Shown: positions 12,039 through 24,097, counted from the stretch's first letter. The stretch: 40,273 nucleotides of DNA from Octopus bimaculoides (GCF_001194135.2 NC_068990.1:16384696-16424968), one strand, 5' to 3'. Numbers and translations: made by a program. Notes: generated from the letters alone by a model not told the origin.

Positions 12039-12093
12039 TATACATGCACATATATATGAACATATATACTAACAAATACAGTTATGTATGTTC

Positions 12094-12146
<53 letters not shown>

Positions 12147-13224
12147 CAAAAATACATTTTGTGGGTGTGGGTGTGTGTATAGGCAAATGAAGAACAACAA
12201 AAATCAAAAGGACATATACAATAAATGTATTAGATTGACACTCAGAAAAGGTTTAAGATGGGAAAAAGAGGGGTGTGATATTTTGAGTATGGCTCTTTGT
12301 CAGAAAGAGTAAAAAGGAAAAAGTCCAGAGAGAAGGAAAAGAATTGTCCGAGGAAAGCAAATGTGTCATTATATGGCTGAAAAATAACTGACAAGGAGTG
12401 GAGAAAGATAGAGAAAGTGGTTTTTGAAAGCATGAGCGTGCAAAAATGGTCTGTGTGTGTGGTAGTATCTGTGTACATGTATCTTTGTGTTTATGTGAGT
12501 GATGTATGTGTGAGGTAGTGGAGCAAACAGGTTAGTAGCAGTTGTTAGATGTGGTAGTAAAGAGAGTCAGTCAGATTGATAGATAGGTGTTGTGTAATTT
12601 AGGTAAGAAAAATAGCAGTTTTCAGTTTAAAATATCTGTGATACAAATTTACATTGAAATTATAACATATTCATATGTTGTATAGTTCAGCTAGTTTGGT
12701 TAATTGACAGACTCATGAGTTTAAAGTGAACAGCCATCACGTTAATCAATAAACAATCCCTTTGATTTAGACATAATTAAATAAATATGATGGTTGTCAT
12801 CATAAAATTTATGTCAATTTGTTTCAATGTCAAATCAATTCTGAAACAAAAGATGCCAGACCTGACCTAGCCAATCCTTATATCTTCATTGGTCTACCTC
12901 TACAGTAGTTGCTGTCTGCTTATCAAATCGTAGTACTTTACCACCCAATATGTCTCAATCATTTACACTTTCTATTCTTGTCAAGATTTCCCCCCAAATT
13001 CTCTAACCAATATCTTTGATGCTCAATTATATTCTTCATTTAATCATTCACTCATTCATATCTGCTTTACATGTTAGCATGTGTTGGATCAGTACTCTTC
13101 AACTTTTTTTTTTAACTATTGCCCCATTTCTTTTACTAACACACAAACCAGGATGTTATCCTAATGGCTGTTGTTATACATCATAAACTACCGAAGAGCA
13201 AAGAATAGTAGAACTGATTGAATA

Positions 13225-13450
13225 TCATTATTTTCCTTTATGTCCACTTTTCCATGCTTATATGGGCCAGATGGAGCTTTTTGCGAGGGCAGATTTTCTT
13301 TGGCCTTATTTCTTTCTAGTCACTAAACCTGTTTCCAAGCAAAATAATGTTTCTCCATGACTAGACATGTTTTTATAGCAGACTGGAAATGAACAATACC
13401 ACTTGGGTAATGACAACACTTTGCCTTGACATCTATTGAATGTTGTCGAG
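13225..13450 (-). mobile_element. Tail module of the composite SINE
   Basis: TCCACTTTTCCATGCTT...AAACCTGTTTCCAAGCAAAATAAT...GACATG matches 23601-23850. Confidence 0.55.
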
Positions 13451-13643
13451 GCAAGGATGCACGCACACATGCACGCACACATGCACGCATGCACGCACGC
13501 GCGCACGCACGCACACACACACACACACACACATACACACACACACACACAGAGTTTCAACCCTTGTGTCTTTATTAGAAATTGTTATTTGCTTGTAACT
13601 TTTATTTCAACAGACTCCTACCACCTTCAACACCAACTGTTTC

Positions 13644-13644
<1 letters not shown>

Positions 13645-13692
<48 letters not shown>
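13645..13692. repeat. (TAG)n microsatellite
   Basis: Direct observation. Confidence 0.95.
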
Positions 13693-13693
<1 letters not shown>

Positions 13694-14280
13694 ACATATG
13701 CATGACATCCATCTTGCATTATTGTTCACACAAAAAATGGTGAACATTAGCAAACCTGTTTAACACAGACAAGTATATACATTGTAAGCATAATTTGAAT
13801 GGTAGACTTAACCCATCGCCTAGTTTAACACCACCACCACTTCGTTCTTGGGTACCTGAAGCCTGTGATCCCTCCCCACTTCATCACAAGCATTCAAGCA
13901 AGGCCTTTGTCTGGAAGCCCATGACAAAAAAAAAGGTATCTCATTTTTCAAGGACACTTCCTTTTCTTCTTTGATTAACAAAAACAAACAACAACAAAGA
14001 AAAAAGAGAAGAAAAGAAAGATAAAAAAATTAAATTCATTAAATCAAAGTGAAAGTTCTACAGCTGTAGTTCATTGACATACCTTGACTCATTTACATGA
14101 CATGATCTTTAGATAAACTGTTGGTTGTTTGAACTAGTTCCTCTCAAAGTAGGCTGGGGGTAGGAATAGGGATTTTAAATGGAGACATTGGGTACGGTGG
14201 TCAGGGGTGGTGTCAAAGGGGGTAGCAAGGGATGGAGTGACAAATGTATTTGTACAATCTTTCTCATTTATCTAAATATG

Positions 14281-14488
14281 AACCTTTCTGTTATATTAAT
14301 GTTGAAATACACTACCTTTGTTTCTATTAATTTTCAATTAATTTTGAAAATAATGAAGAATTTAGTAAAAATAACTTTATTAAGTTTGTGTGAAAGATAG
14401 AAGGTTTTAATTTACCTCACTTTAAAACAAGAAATTTGTATCATAGAACCAGGACTGGTTTCAGGCAGGTTGGTATCAAAAGGGTTAA
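14281..14488. mobile_element. piggyBac-like MITE (TTAA|CCCTT...AAGGG|TTAA family)
   Basis: Ends in GGTATCAAAAGGGTTAA. The internal GTTGAAATACACT..CTTTGTTTC is shared with other copies. Confidence 0.7.
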
Positions 14489-14633
14489 TCGTAATGTAAT
14501 ATGGTAGACTACTTATTAATCACAATCATAATGATGACAACATCAACGATAATAATAAGACTGCATTGTGAATAAGTTAATAAATAAAACTGTAAATATT
14601 TATATACACGGACACACGCACATGCACTCTGTC

Positions 14634-14705
<72 letters not shown>

Positions 14706-15277
14706 CTCTCTAATAACTCAGATTAGTTGGCAAGTCACGAAGCCTTAAGAGCTCTGTAAACATGGCATTCAATTATAGAAGGGTGGTGTGGTAAATAGTC
14801 ACTCATATCAAACTAATACCTGGAATTAAAATTACTCTGACCTGATAATGTTACATGCATGTATATCAAAAAGAAGTTGTGACAGTGAATCACAGCAAGA
14901 AGATATTGGAAAACTGTTTGTAAAAGAAAAGTGGCAATGGTTAAGAATGTTTGAGAAACATTGGTTTAAGGTTTAAATCATGTGGAAGTGAAGTAAACAA
15001 CAAACCTCAAGAAACAACAAACCTCTAATCAATTGACAATGTAAAAACTTGTAGATAAGGAAATGTTTATAAAGTAACACAGATGTTTTTTCTTTCCAAC
15101 TTTAATTACAGAGCTCTTAAAGTTTCGTGATTTACCAACTAATATGAGTCATTAGAGATTGGCCTTTAAAACCAAAGTTACTCATATAGACATCTGTTAA
15201 ATTCAATTGTTCATTCAACTCATCTTATTAAAGGTAGCTCTGCTGCTTATTGCTTTTAGATTTTAAAACATTTTTAA

Positions 15278-15420
15278 GATGGATGGTATAGTTGTGTGGT
15301 TAAGAAATTCACTTCCTAACCACATAGTTTCACTTTCACTGCATGGCACACTGGGCAAGTGTCTTCTACTATAAACCTAGATCAATGAGTGGATTTGGTA
15401 GACACAGACTGAAAGAAACC
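15278..15420 (+). mobile_element. CORE-like SINE head, interrupted at its 3' end by a Penelope-like insertion
   Basis: GTTGTGTGGTTAAG...CTGGGCAAGTGTCTTCTACTATA...GATTTGGTAGAC..ACTGAAAGAA. The microsatellite and tail resume at about 16545-16935. Confidence 0.75.
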
Positions 15421-16540
15421 TGTTTGACCAATGTACGGGGAAGGACAGAAAGAGTTTGAGATGCAGTAAATGACGTTACCAGAAGTGCAGGTAAGGGAGT
15501 TGGTGATGTGATAGGGACGATGATGGGTGCCTGTGAGGATGATGGTGTTGGAGAGGTAGGGGCTAGTACAGTAGCGTGGGCAGGTCAAACGGGACACCAC
15601 TTGGCTTACTGGTTCACAGAGCACCTCCGAGACATCAGACTTGGCAATGGCACCCTGGTCTCATGCCATTTCTGCTCTACCGGTCATTCACTACAACATC
15701 TGTCTGTGTTAGAACTGTCTTTGCACAGAGGCCATCTGGAATCCTGCCTTCACCATGAACAGGAATTAATCTTCTCTCTTCGCTCCTTTCTGCAACATGG
15801 GCTCAACTCCCCTCCTTTTTTTCATCTGACACCTATTTCCTCTCTTCAATCTTAACTACTTCCTCTCTTCATTGATACCACCACCACTCCCACCTCAGCC
15901 CACACTACCACACCACCACACACCACTCCACACGCACTAGCACTGACCACTTCCAGCACCCACACTACACACCATCATCCACACACCTACACACAAATCT
16001 TCAATAGCGCCACCACACATACCACTATATGAGCAGCCACATGTTACAGATGCACACACTTACACATGCACTCACTCATACACTTCAGAGTCACTAGCCC
16101 CTGTTCATACACATACACACTTACACATTCACACAAACCATTCTCACATGCATACACATGCATGTGCACCTTCATTTGGGATAACCACCAGTTTATTATC
16201 TCCCTTTCTTTCAAACTTTTTTTTCTAATAATTCACCATGCTTGACCGCTAAATCTACAAGTTTTGTTTATTTTCTCTTATTCATTTCTGTTGAAGAGCG
16301 TAGGCTCAAAACATAAAAGTCGTTTTCATTTTCCCAAGTGTCAAACTAATACACCTGGTTGTTGTTCATACACCTGTCTTCGTCTTTTGTTTTTCTATAA
16401 ATTTTATGCTCATGTGGCCACCCCAGTTTTATCTTGCCTTAACTTCCTATTCTTTGGACTTGCATATCTTCGTCTACATACCAGCACTCCACCCGAATTA
16501 CCACTGGATATACCGACTCTACTTTGATGGATTTCACTGG
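15419..16540 (+). mobile_element. Penelope-like retroelement 3' portion (GIY-YIG endonuclease) with an inverted 5' segment
   Basis: Minus 15419-15582 reads TCTSGNVIYCISNSFCPSPYIGQT. Plus 15583-15855 reads GQTGHHLAYWFTEHLRDIR...HF...HEQELIFSLRSFLQHGLN, followed by the 3' non-coding region. Confidence 0.85.
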
Positions 16541-16579
16541 ATTTTTTGTATGTATATATGTATATATATATATATATAT

Positions 16580-16688
<109 letters not shown>

Positions 16689-16694
16689 GTGTAT

Positions 16695-16935
16695 GTGTAT
16701 TCTTGGCATCATGCAACAGCTGTAAACAAGTGTCACTGTCATACAAAACAGTCAATTTCATTTCCAGTCTTCTGTGATCAAAGGGAAATATTCCCTTATT
16801 TGGAAACAGGTGAGGGTTAGCTAATTATAAGGCATCAAGCCATAGAAAATCTGAATCAATGAACTCCATATGACCTATGCAAGAATGCAAAAGTGGATGT
16901 TAGAATGGTGTCAATGATGATGATGGTGATGATGA
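16695..16935 (+). mobile_element. Tail module of the composite SINE, ending in (GAT)n
   Basis: CTGTAAACAAGTGTCACTGTCATAC...TTGGAAACAGGTGAGGG...AAGTGGATGTTA...(GAT)n. Confidence 0.65.
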
Positions 16936-17144
16936 TGGTATATTTGTATTCACCTTAAACCATTGCATTATTGATAATTGTGTTTCTTACATTTTTAATT
17001 TATAATTTGATATTGATCTTTTTTCTTACTGTTATAATTTGAATGATTATGCAAATTTGAACAGATTTTATATAAATTGTTAAAGCAAATGGCTTTCTAA
17101 CATGCATAGTTTGCATTACATCAACCAATCAACCACAAAATGGA

Positions 17145-17146
<2 letters not shown>

Positions 17147-17200
<54 letters not shown>
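17147..17200. repeat. (AAT)n microsatellite
   Basis: Direct observation. Confidence 0.95.
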
Positions 17201-17202
<2 letters not shown>

Positions 17203-17438
17203 TTTAGTTATATTTTGGCATGCAATGAAGTCAGAACTAAATCATGTGTAAGCATTCAATACTATGAAGGTAATGTAACTAGTCTGTCTGTCAGGGCCAC
17301 CAAGTAACTTGTTGGACAAAAATCATTTGTGAGGAGAGGAGGCATTGGAGGAGATGATCGTGTGTTAGTCAGATGATGAAAGGTTGTAGTTAGACAGAAA
17401 GACAGAAACAGGTGTTTGCTGTAGAGGTTACCCGGCCA

Positions 17439-17453
17439 GAGAGAGAAAGAGAT

Positions 17454-17538
<85 letters not shown>

Positions 17539-17540
17539 TA
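17439..17540. repeat. (GA)n microsatellite
   Basis: Direct observation. It produces the ERER and LSLS pseudo-ORFs. Confidence 0.95.
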
Positions 17541-18052
17541 TCAAGCATGAAGACAGAAACAGGTGTGTGGCTGAAAGGAGATACATGGTTACCCAACTTG
17601 AGAGAAGTGCAGGAGAGGAAGAGGGAGAGAGAGAGAGAGAGTGGGAGGCAGCAAGATAGAAATGGTGGCAAAGTGCTGGGCATACTCACAATGGGCAGTG
17701 ATCAGAATATAAATGGAATGGTTGAGTAAAGGAAGAGAGAGATATAGATGGTGGCAAGAGCCAGGGTACACCCTTGAGGTTTGAAGGTCGTAATATAAGT
17801 GGCAGCATATTTCGAAAGGAGTGGGATTAGAGAGTGCAGAGGGGTAGGGAAGTGCGTGGTGAAAACCTGGGTATATATAGAGGCGGTGGGGCGGGGGATG
17901 CAGGATAGCAATGATTCAGAGAAACAGGCTCATGAGAACAGGATTGTGGAGTGAGAGGTAGGCACGGTGTATGAAGGTAAAATGGGAGGAAGAGAAGAGA
18001 TGTAGATTGGTTTGTTGGGGTAGGGTGTGTGAAAACTGAATTTTCTTTTTAC

Positions 18053-18128
18053 CTTGACTATCTTGTCTTTGTTGTTTCTGTTTTTGCTTTGATATATCAT
18101 TATTATCAAAGATTTGGGTCTTGATAGA
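18053..18128 (-). CDS. Internal exon (76 nt, phase 0 to 1): SIKTQIFDNNDISKQKQKQQRQDSQ
   Basis: Acceptor TTTTCTTAATTTTCCAG, donor CAAG|GTAAAA. Open frame, in phase with exon 19578-19733. Confidence 0.8.
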
Positions 18129-18350
18129 CTGGAAAATTAAGAAAATGTTATAACTTTACCATGTAATTAAATGAAGAATATAATATATTTGTGATATAAT
18201 TAGTTTGGCCTAATGCAGTCCTCAGATCTGTTGGATCCTATCTAACTGTCCATCCACACCAGTATGAAACATGGATATTAAAAGATAATGGTGATGGTGA
18301 TGATGATGAGGGTAGCCCTCCTTTTTTTTATTAGACATTTGAGATATTAT

Positions 18351-18567
18351 TTAACCCTTTTGATGCCAAACTGCCCTAGTTCTATGATGCAATCTTTCTA
18401 ATTCAAAATGATCTAAATTAAAACCTCCCATCAAAATTTCATGTTAATTCATATTGCAAACACCAGCTTAATAATGACAGTTATTTTGATAAATTCTGTA
18501 TTATATTCCAAATTGATTAAAACAAAGGCAGTGTATTTCAACAGAAATAGGGTAATGATAGGGTTAA
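18351..18567. mobile_element. piggyBac-like MITE, complete
   Basis: TTAACCCTTTTGAT...GATAGGGTTAA termini. Confidence 0.8.
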
Positions 18568-18619
18568 TAGTTTCTGGTTTAGGTTGCAAGGCCAGAAATT
18601 CATAGAAGAGATGGGAGTG

Positions 18620-19068
18620 TGTGATCACATTGTTATAGATGGTCCATTTTTCGTTCCAGTCACCATTCTCTTCAAAAAAGGATCACTGTCTTCATGTTTT
18701 TGCAATGAATCACAGAAAATTGGAAATGAATGACACTGCTTGTATGACAGTGATGATCATTTACGACTACCATGTGATGTCAAAACTAGAAGACACAAAA
18801 ATACATACACACACAGACCCATAGACACAGACTCACTCATACGCATACACACACTCCCCACATACAGATACACTCATACACACACACACACATTCACGAC
18901 ACACACATATATGACAGGTTTTTTCTCAGTTTCCATCTACCAGATCAACTCACAAGGCTTTGGCTGGCCTTGAGTAGAAGACATTTGCCCAAGGTGCCAC
19001 GCAGTGGGACTGAACCCAAAACCATGCGGCTAGGAAACAAACTTCTTAACTACAGAGCAATGCCTGTG
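18620..19068 (-). mobile_element. Composite SINE (head 18911-19068, (CA)n, tail remnant)
   Basis: CAGTTTCCATCTACC...CACAAGGCTTTGG...TTGCCCAAGGTGCCACGCAGTGGGACTGAACCC. Confidence 0.75.
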
Positions 19069-19072
19069 TAAA

Positions 19073-19400
19073 GGTATACATGTTTAAAAAAATAAATTTC
19101 TAAATTGACCACTGTTTACATTCTAGCCTAAGAAGCTGAAGAAATATAGTATAAATAAAAACATTTCAAAAAATAGATTCCTAAATGGACCACTCCTTGC
19201 AATTCCATTCAAGAGCTTGAAGAAACATGAGATGGATAAAAATATCTTTAAAATATAGATTTTTAAATTCATCACTCTTTATCATTTTGTACAAGAGCTT
19301 GTGAATATATAGTATAGGTGAAAATATTTTTAAAAACTAGATTTCCAAAGTGATCATTTTTTACCATTCCAAGCAAGAATCTGAATAGATTAGTGTTAGT
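19073..19400. repeat. Degenerate tandem repeat of about 82 bp, 4 copies
   Basis: Anchors AATAAATT/AATAGATT/ATATAGATT/ACTAGATT at about 19091, 19172, 19254 and 19336. AAGAGCTTG recurs in two units. Confidence 0.65.
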
Positions 19401-19577
19401 GGCCTGCTGGAATCTTTTTAACCTTTGCAAACTCAATCTATTTTTCTGCTGTGTGTCATTATTTTCTGCACCAATTCTAATTTCCCATTATCTTTCCATG
19501 TTAGAATTTTAAATGAGATGTGACAATTGTTATACAAATCACAAAATAATTTACTAAAACGAATTTTCAATTCTTAC

Positions 19578-19733
19578 ATTAAGCAGATGTTCACATGGTG
19601 TCAAAACCAGTTGTTTTGATGTCACAACCTTCAGCTGTTTCTGAATCAATGAGCTGAGAACTAATCTAAGAGAATTCTGCTTAGAATTCAATCTGTCTTC
19701 TTCTTCTTCTGTTTCTTCTACTTCTTTCATTGC
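19578..19733 (-). CDS. Internal exon (156 nt, phase 0 to 0): AMKEVEETEEEEDRLNSKQNSLRLVLSSLIQKQLKVVTSKQLVLTPCEHLLN
   Basis: Acceptor TTTTATTTCAG, donor AAT|GTAAGA. Only this frame is open. Confidence 0.9.
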
Positions 19734-20221
19734 CTGAAATAAAATAGATTCAGAGAATTCTTATTCTTGTCAAATACAATCATTGACGATTTCCATTAAA
19801 TACATAATTATGACTTATATTTAGCTGCATTCTTCTGTTCTTCTAGTAGACAGCTTAGCTTTGGAAGAAATTTTATAGAATCTATGTCAGTACTGAGGAC
19901 ATAAATTATTGGCTGGTATCATTGATGTTTTGTTACGTACAAGCCAGATAAAATATAACTCACCATGTAATGTTTACATCACTGTTCTCTTTATATATTT
20001 TCTGGAGGTATTTTTCTATTTAGAATTTTTTTCCTATTCTGTTTTTCCTTAGCTACTTATGCTGTTATTTAGACTATCAGATCTGATCAAAGAGAGCTAT
20101 GATACAGGTATTCCAGCAGTTGCTGTCATGTCCTTTATTAAAATTCTTGATTGTTACCCGTCATATGACAAGTAACTTTGGAAGTATACTTTTAGCACCA
20201 TGAGTAAAGAGTCACTATTAA

Positions 20222-20437
20222 TATTAGTTTCAGATTTTGGCTCAAGGCCAGCAATTTTGGGAGAGAGGCAAGTCAATTACATTAACTGCAGTATTTAACT
20301 GGTATTTATTTTATCAACCACCAAAGAATGAAAGGCAAAGTCAATTTCAGCAGAATTTGAACTGAGAATGTAAAGACAAACAAAATGCTGCTTAGCATTT
20401 TGCCCAGAGTGCTAATGATTCTGGCAGCTTGCCCCCT
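20222..20437 (-). mobile_element. MetaSINE-like tRNA SINE
   Basis: GAATGAAAGGCAAAGTCAATTTCAGCAGAATTTGAACT, the same family as 6624-6840. Confidence 0.7.
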
Positions 20438-20496
20438 TAGTCACTATTAGTTCAATATTAATATTAAATAGTATATATATATACGTGAGCATACAT

Positions 20497-20550
<54 letters not shown>

Positions 20551-20574
20551 GCACACACATGCATTCACTCACAC

Positions 20575-20900
20575 TATTATTTAACATTCGTGTTCTATGG
20601 ATGATTTCACAGAATCTAATGAACCTAAGGACTGCATCATGCTCCAGTATCTGCTTGGCATGGTTCCTATGGCTGGATGACCTACCTAACTTCAACCACT
20701 TTACAACATGCATTGCGTTGGCTGCTTTTTTCATGCCACCAACACTAATGAGGTTGCCATACAGCTTGCAAGACTGTGAACCCTGAGGGGAAGGGGATCA
20801 GCTTTATGCTAGGAAATGTGGGTTAAAGTATAAGAGGAGGATGGTGACAGAGCAGGTTCTTATTGTAGAGGAGCTACATGGCTACTCATATTTAGAGGAG
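20575..20900 (-). mobile_element. Retroposon with RTE-type tail (family of 940-1330)
   Basis: GGTTCCTATGGCTGGATGACCTACCTAAC...GAGGTTGCCATACAGCTTGCAAGACT. Confidence 0.65.
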
Positions 20901-21461
20901 AGGGTAAGAATGATTAGTAGGAATTTCAAAGAAATAAATAATGGTGGCCCCTGAAGGTACAAGGTAAGGGGTAGTGAATGGGGACAGAGAAACTAGGAGT
21001 GTGGGACTGTGGGGTTATAGTGTTTGAGGGAGCAAGGGATTGAGGAATGAGAGAGAGGGAAGGTAGGCAACAACTGCAATGATTGGGTAGGGCTGAAGGG
21101 TGGATGTAGGGAATAGTGAAATAAGGGATTGGGTATGATTAATGAGTTGGGGAAGGTAGAGGGATACACAGGAGAGTGGAAGGATAGCAACAGGATAGTA
21201 ATAATGATACAGTTGACAAGTGAAAGATGGCATGTGATTGGGTAGGCTGCTGGACTGGGGGAAAAGAAAGAGAGGCAAGCATAGTACACAAGGGAAGACA
21301 ATTTGGTGGTTCAATGTGGATGATCAATGTAACATGTGGATGGAGAGAACAGTATTAATGGATGAAATATAAAGTGGTATCAGGAGTTGCAGTGAGAGAG
21401 ATGATAATGAGAAAGAATTGATATGAAGAAGGGATTGGTGAAGGTGTCCATTTGTGCATAA

Positions 21462-21510
<49 letters not shown>

Positions 21511-21539
21511 CACTCACAGTGCTTCCAGAACTCAGTTTC

Positions 21540-21690
21540 ACTGAGGTGGAGAGGTCTCCTTGAGAACTGCATATCACCTGACATATTGGCCCTTTGTCAT
21601 CTCCATGAGGTTCAGTGTTCTGAGAGCAGCTTTCGTCACTTTGTTCCATGTCTTCCAGGGTCTCTGTCTTCTGCAAGCACCAAACATTGA
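21540..21690 (-). mobile_element. RTE LINE C-terminal fragment
   Basis: Minus strand reads GRQRPWKTWNKVTKAALRTLNLM, homologous to 11700-11800. Confidence 0.65.
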
Positions 21691-21942
21691 GAGATCAGTT
21701 AATAAATATTCATTTCATTATTTTATATAAGCACTAATACATTTGATAAAAGTTAAACTTTAATTATTCTATGTATGCCATATTTCCTAATTATTACCCA
21801 TGGTGGCAAAAGCACACTTCCAAAGTTATTCATCATACATCAGATAACACCCTAGTATAAGAATATAAGCTAAGAATAGGAATATAGAATAGAATGACAT
21901 TAAAAATGTTAATTAATGACAGGAACAGAAATGCTTAGCTAC

Positions 21943-22031
21943 CTGTTGTTCAGTGTTATTATTAAACACATCATTTATAATACTGCACACATCCTTTTCA
22001 TTTGTGGCTTCCCTCAACAAACCAATTAAAC
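21943..22031 (-). CDS. Internal exon (89 nt, phase 1 to 0): (G)LIGLLREATNEKDVCSIINDVFNNNTEQQ
   Basis: Acceptor CATTCATTTTGTAG, donor CAG|GTAGCT. Phases match both neighbours. Confidence 0.85.
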
Positions 22032-22119
22032 CTACAAAATGAATGTAGAACATCCACTGACAAGTGTTTTAACATTGAGTTTATCTCCAATTTATGATTA
22101 TTAAAACAAATATAATTGT

Positions 22120-22348
22120 TTAACCTTTTAATTACCATATTTCTATTGAAATACACTATCTTTGTTTCAATTATTTTTGATAATAATAAAAAATTTAAGA
22201 AAATAACATTGCCATTATTAAGCTAGTGCTTGAAACAAATTAATCTGAATTTTGATGGAAAGTTTTAATTTAGATCATATTAAAAAACAGAATGCTTGTA
22301 CTACAGATTCAGAGGTGATCTTAGGCAGGTTGGTATCCAAAGAGTTAA
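22120..22348. mobile_element. piggyBac-like MITE
   Basis: TTAACCTTTT...TTGGTATCCAAAGAGTTAA. Confidence 0.75.
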
Positions 22349-22937
22349 TATGATTTAACATTTACTTCTCCATGCTAGCACATGTAGAAATTGACCTTAG
22401 ATTTTTCCTGTCAGGACTAATTCATTAATGTTCCATATTAGTCTTAAGTCTTTCAAAGCCCAAATCCTCTTTGCTTTACCTATTGTTTGTTATAACTTGA
22501 AAAGGATAGCCTATATTCTTGACTAAGTTTGATGGATTGAGATGAACTAAGGCCTGAAGTGCACGTGTGAAAAAGGAGAGATTTCCAGATAATTGCAAAC
22601 CATAAGAGGAATGAATGAGTCTCTGTCGATGACTTTAATTCTATCTTGAATCACTTTCTCTCATATATTCTGTTTTTGATCTTATATCATATAACAAACA
22701 TTACATTATTATGTTTGGTGTTTACAGACTTGCCTAGTTTAAAACTTTGACAGACGGCTTTATACAATACAACATATCAACTCACTGAAACTTTTTAAAT
22801 TGTAAAACAGACAAGGTTGTCAAACGGTATATTTAAATGTTAGAACTGAATACAAATTTTCTCTATATTTATAGTGTAATATCCTTGGTTTTATCATCTA
22901 CTATGTTTGGTATTATATAGATATATATTTCTATCTA

Positions 22938-23108
22938 CAGGTGTGGCCGAGTGATTAAGGAGCTTGCTTCCCAACCATGTAGTCATAGGTTCAGTCCCCA
23001 CTTCATGACACCTTGGACAAATATCTTCTACTATAAACCAGATTGGATTTGACAGATGGAAAGAAAAGAAACCCATCACTACACACACACACACACACAC
23101 ACACATGT

Positions 23109-23152
<44 letters not shown>

Positions 23153-23370
23153 CCTTCTCTTGACATTACATGATGGTTGTAAACTTGTGTGACTGACATA
23201 GAAGCATTGTTGTTTGTTTCTAGTCATCTGTAAAAAACATGCTGAGACATGAGTAAATATTACTGTGCTTAGAAACAGGTGAGGGCTGGCAACCAGTAGA
23301 GCAGAAAATCTGCCTCACCAAATTTCATCAGAGGCATGGAGAAGTGGATGTTAAATGATGATGGTAATGA
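22938..23370 (+). mobile_element. Composite SINE (head, (CA)n/(TG)n, tail)
   Basis: GTGGCCGAGTGATTAAGGAGCTTGCTTCCCAACCA...CACCTTGGACAAATATCTTCTACTATA...GAAACAGGTGAGGG...(GAT)n. Confidence 0.75.
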
Positions 23371-23458
23371 TATTATTTCTACAACTGTAAAAAAATTCTT
23401 TTACATTTTCTTAATGTTTTAATTTCTTTTCATATGAAAATTAAATACGATAAGATAC

Positions 23459-23553
23459 CTGGATCTTTAAGCTTGACATGTTGGTAGAATGATGGCACCA
23501 AGAGTAAAATTTGACATATTTCAGCAGAAAGAAGAGATCTGTAATCTTTGTAA
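23459..23553 (-). CDS. Internal exon (95 nt, phase 2 to 1): (S)YKDYRSLLSAEICQILLLVPSFYQHVKLKDP
   Basis: Acceptor GTTTGTTTTCTTTTTTCAG, donor CAG|GTATCT. Bridges the phase-2 end of 24294 and the phase-1 start of 22031. Confidence 0.9.
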
Positions 23554-23600
23554 CTGAAAAAAGAAAACAAACAAGCAGCAACGATAAACTTCAATCAGTG

Positions 23601-24038
23601 CCACCACCACCACCACCATCACCATCATTTTAATGTCTATTTTTCTATGCTTGCATGGATCAAACAGAATACCTTGTGGATGATACTTTTGCAGCTGGAT
23701 GTCCTTCCTGTTACCAACCCTCATCTGTTTCCAAGCAAGGTAATATTTCCCCATGGCCAGACATGTTTTCATGGAAGACTGGAAACAAACACCACTTGTA
23801 TGATAGTAATGTTCATTTACAAGCATAAAACATGATGCCTAGGCAAGAGTACACACACACACACACACACACGCACACACACACACACATACATATATAT
23901 TCTTCCTGAGTCTGTTTACTAGCTCATGGTTCATGTTATGGGTGACTACGAGACCGTCATCCTTGTATAATCCTGCATCTATAAAAGGGAATTATGGATG
24001 CAGGTTGTGTAAAATATATGCTCCTATATATTATATAT

Positions 24039-24097
<59 letters not shown>

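Noticed and set aside
14083-14271. Donor AAG|GTATGT with upstream acceptor
   Set aside because: All three frames contain stops before the donor.
14880-15060. Possible Tc1-like transposase remnant (ECLRNIGLRFKSCG)
   Set aside because: Too short and interrupted by stops to support a call.
19964-20015. Strong donor ATG|GTGAGT with a short open frame
   Set aside because: There is no pyrimidine-rich acceptor, and its phase-2 end would put a stop in exon 19733.
22480-22553. Exon-like segment ALVHLNPSNLVKNIGYPFQVITNN with AG/GT borders
   Set aside because: Its phase (0 to 2) fits neither neighbour (1 and 1). The chain closes without it.
22786-22845. 60-nt AG..GTGAGT-bounded segment
   Set aside because: It has stops in all three frames and probably belongs to a repeat.
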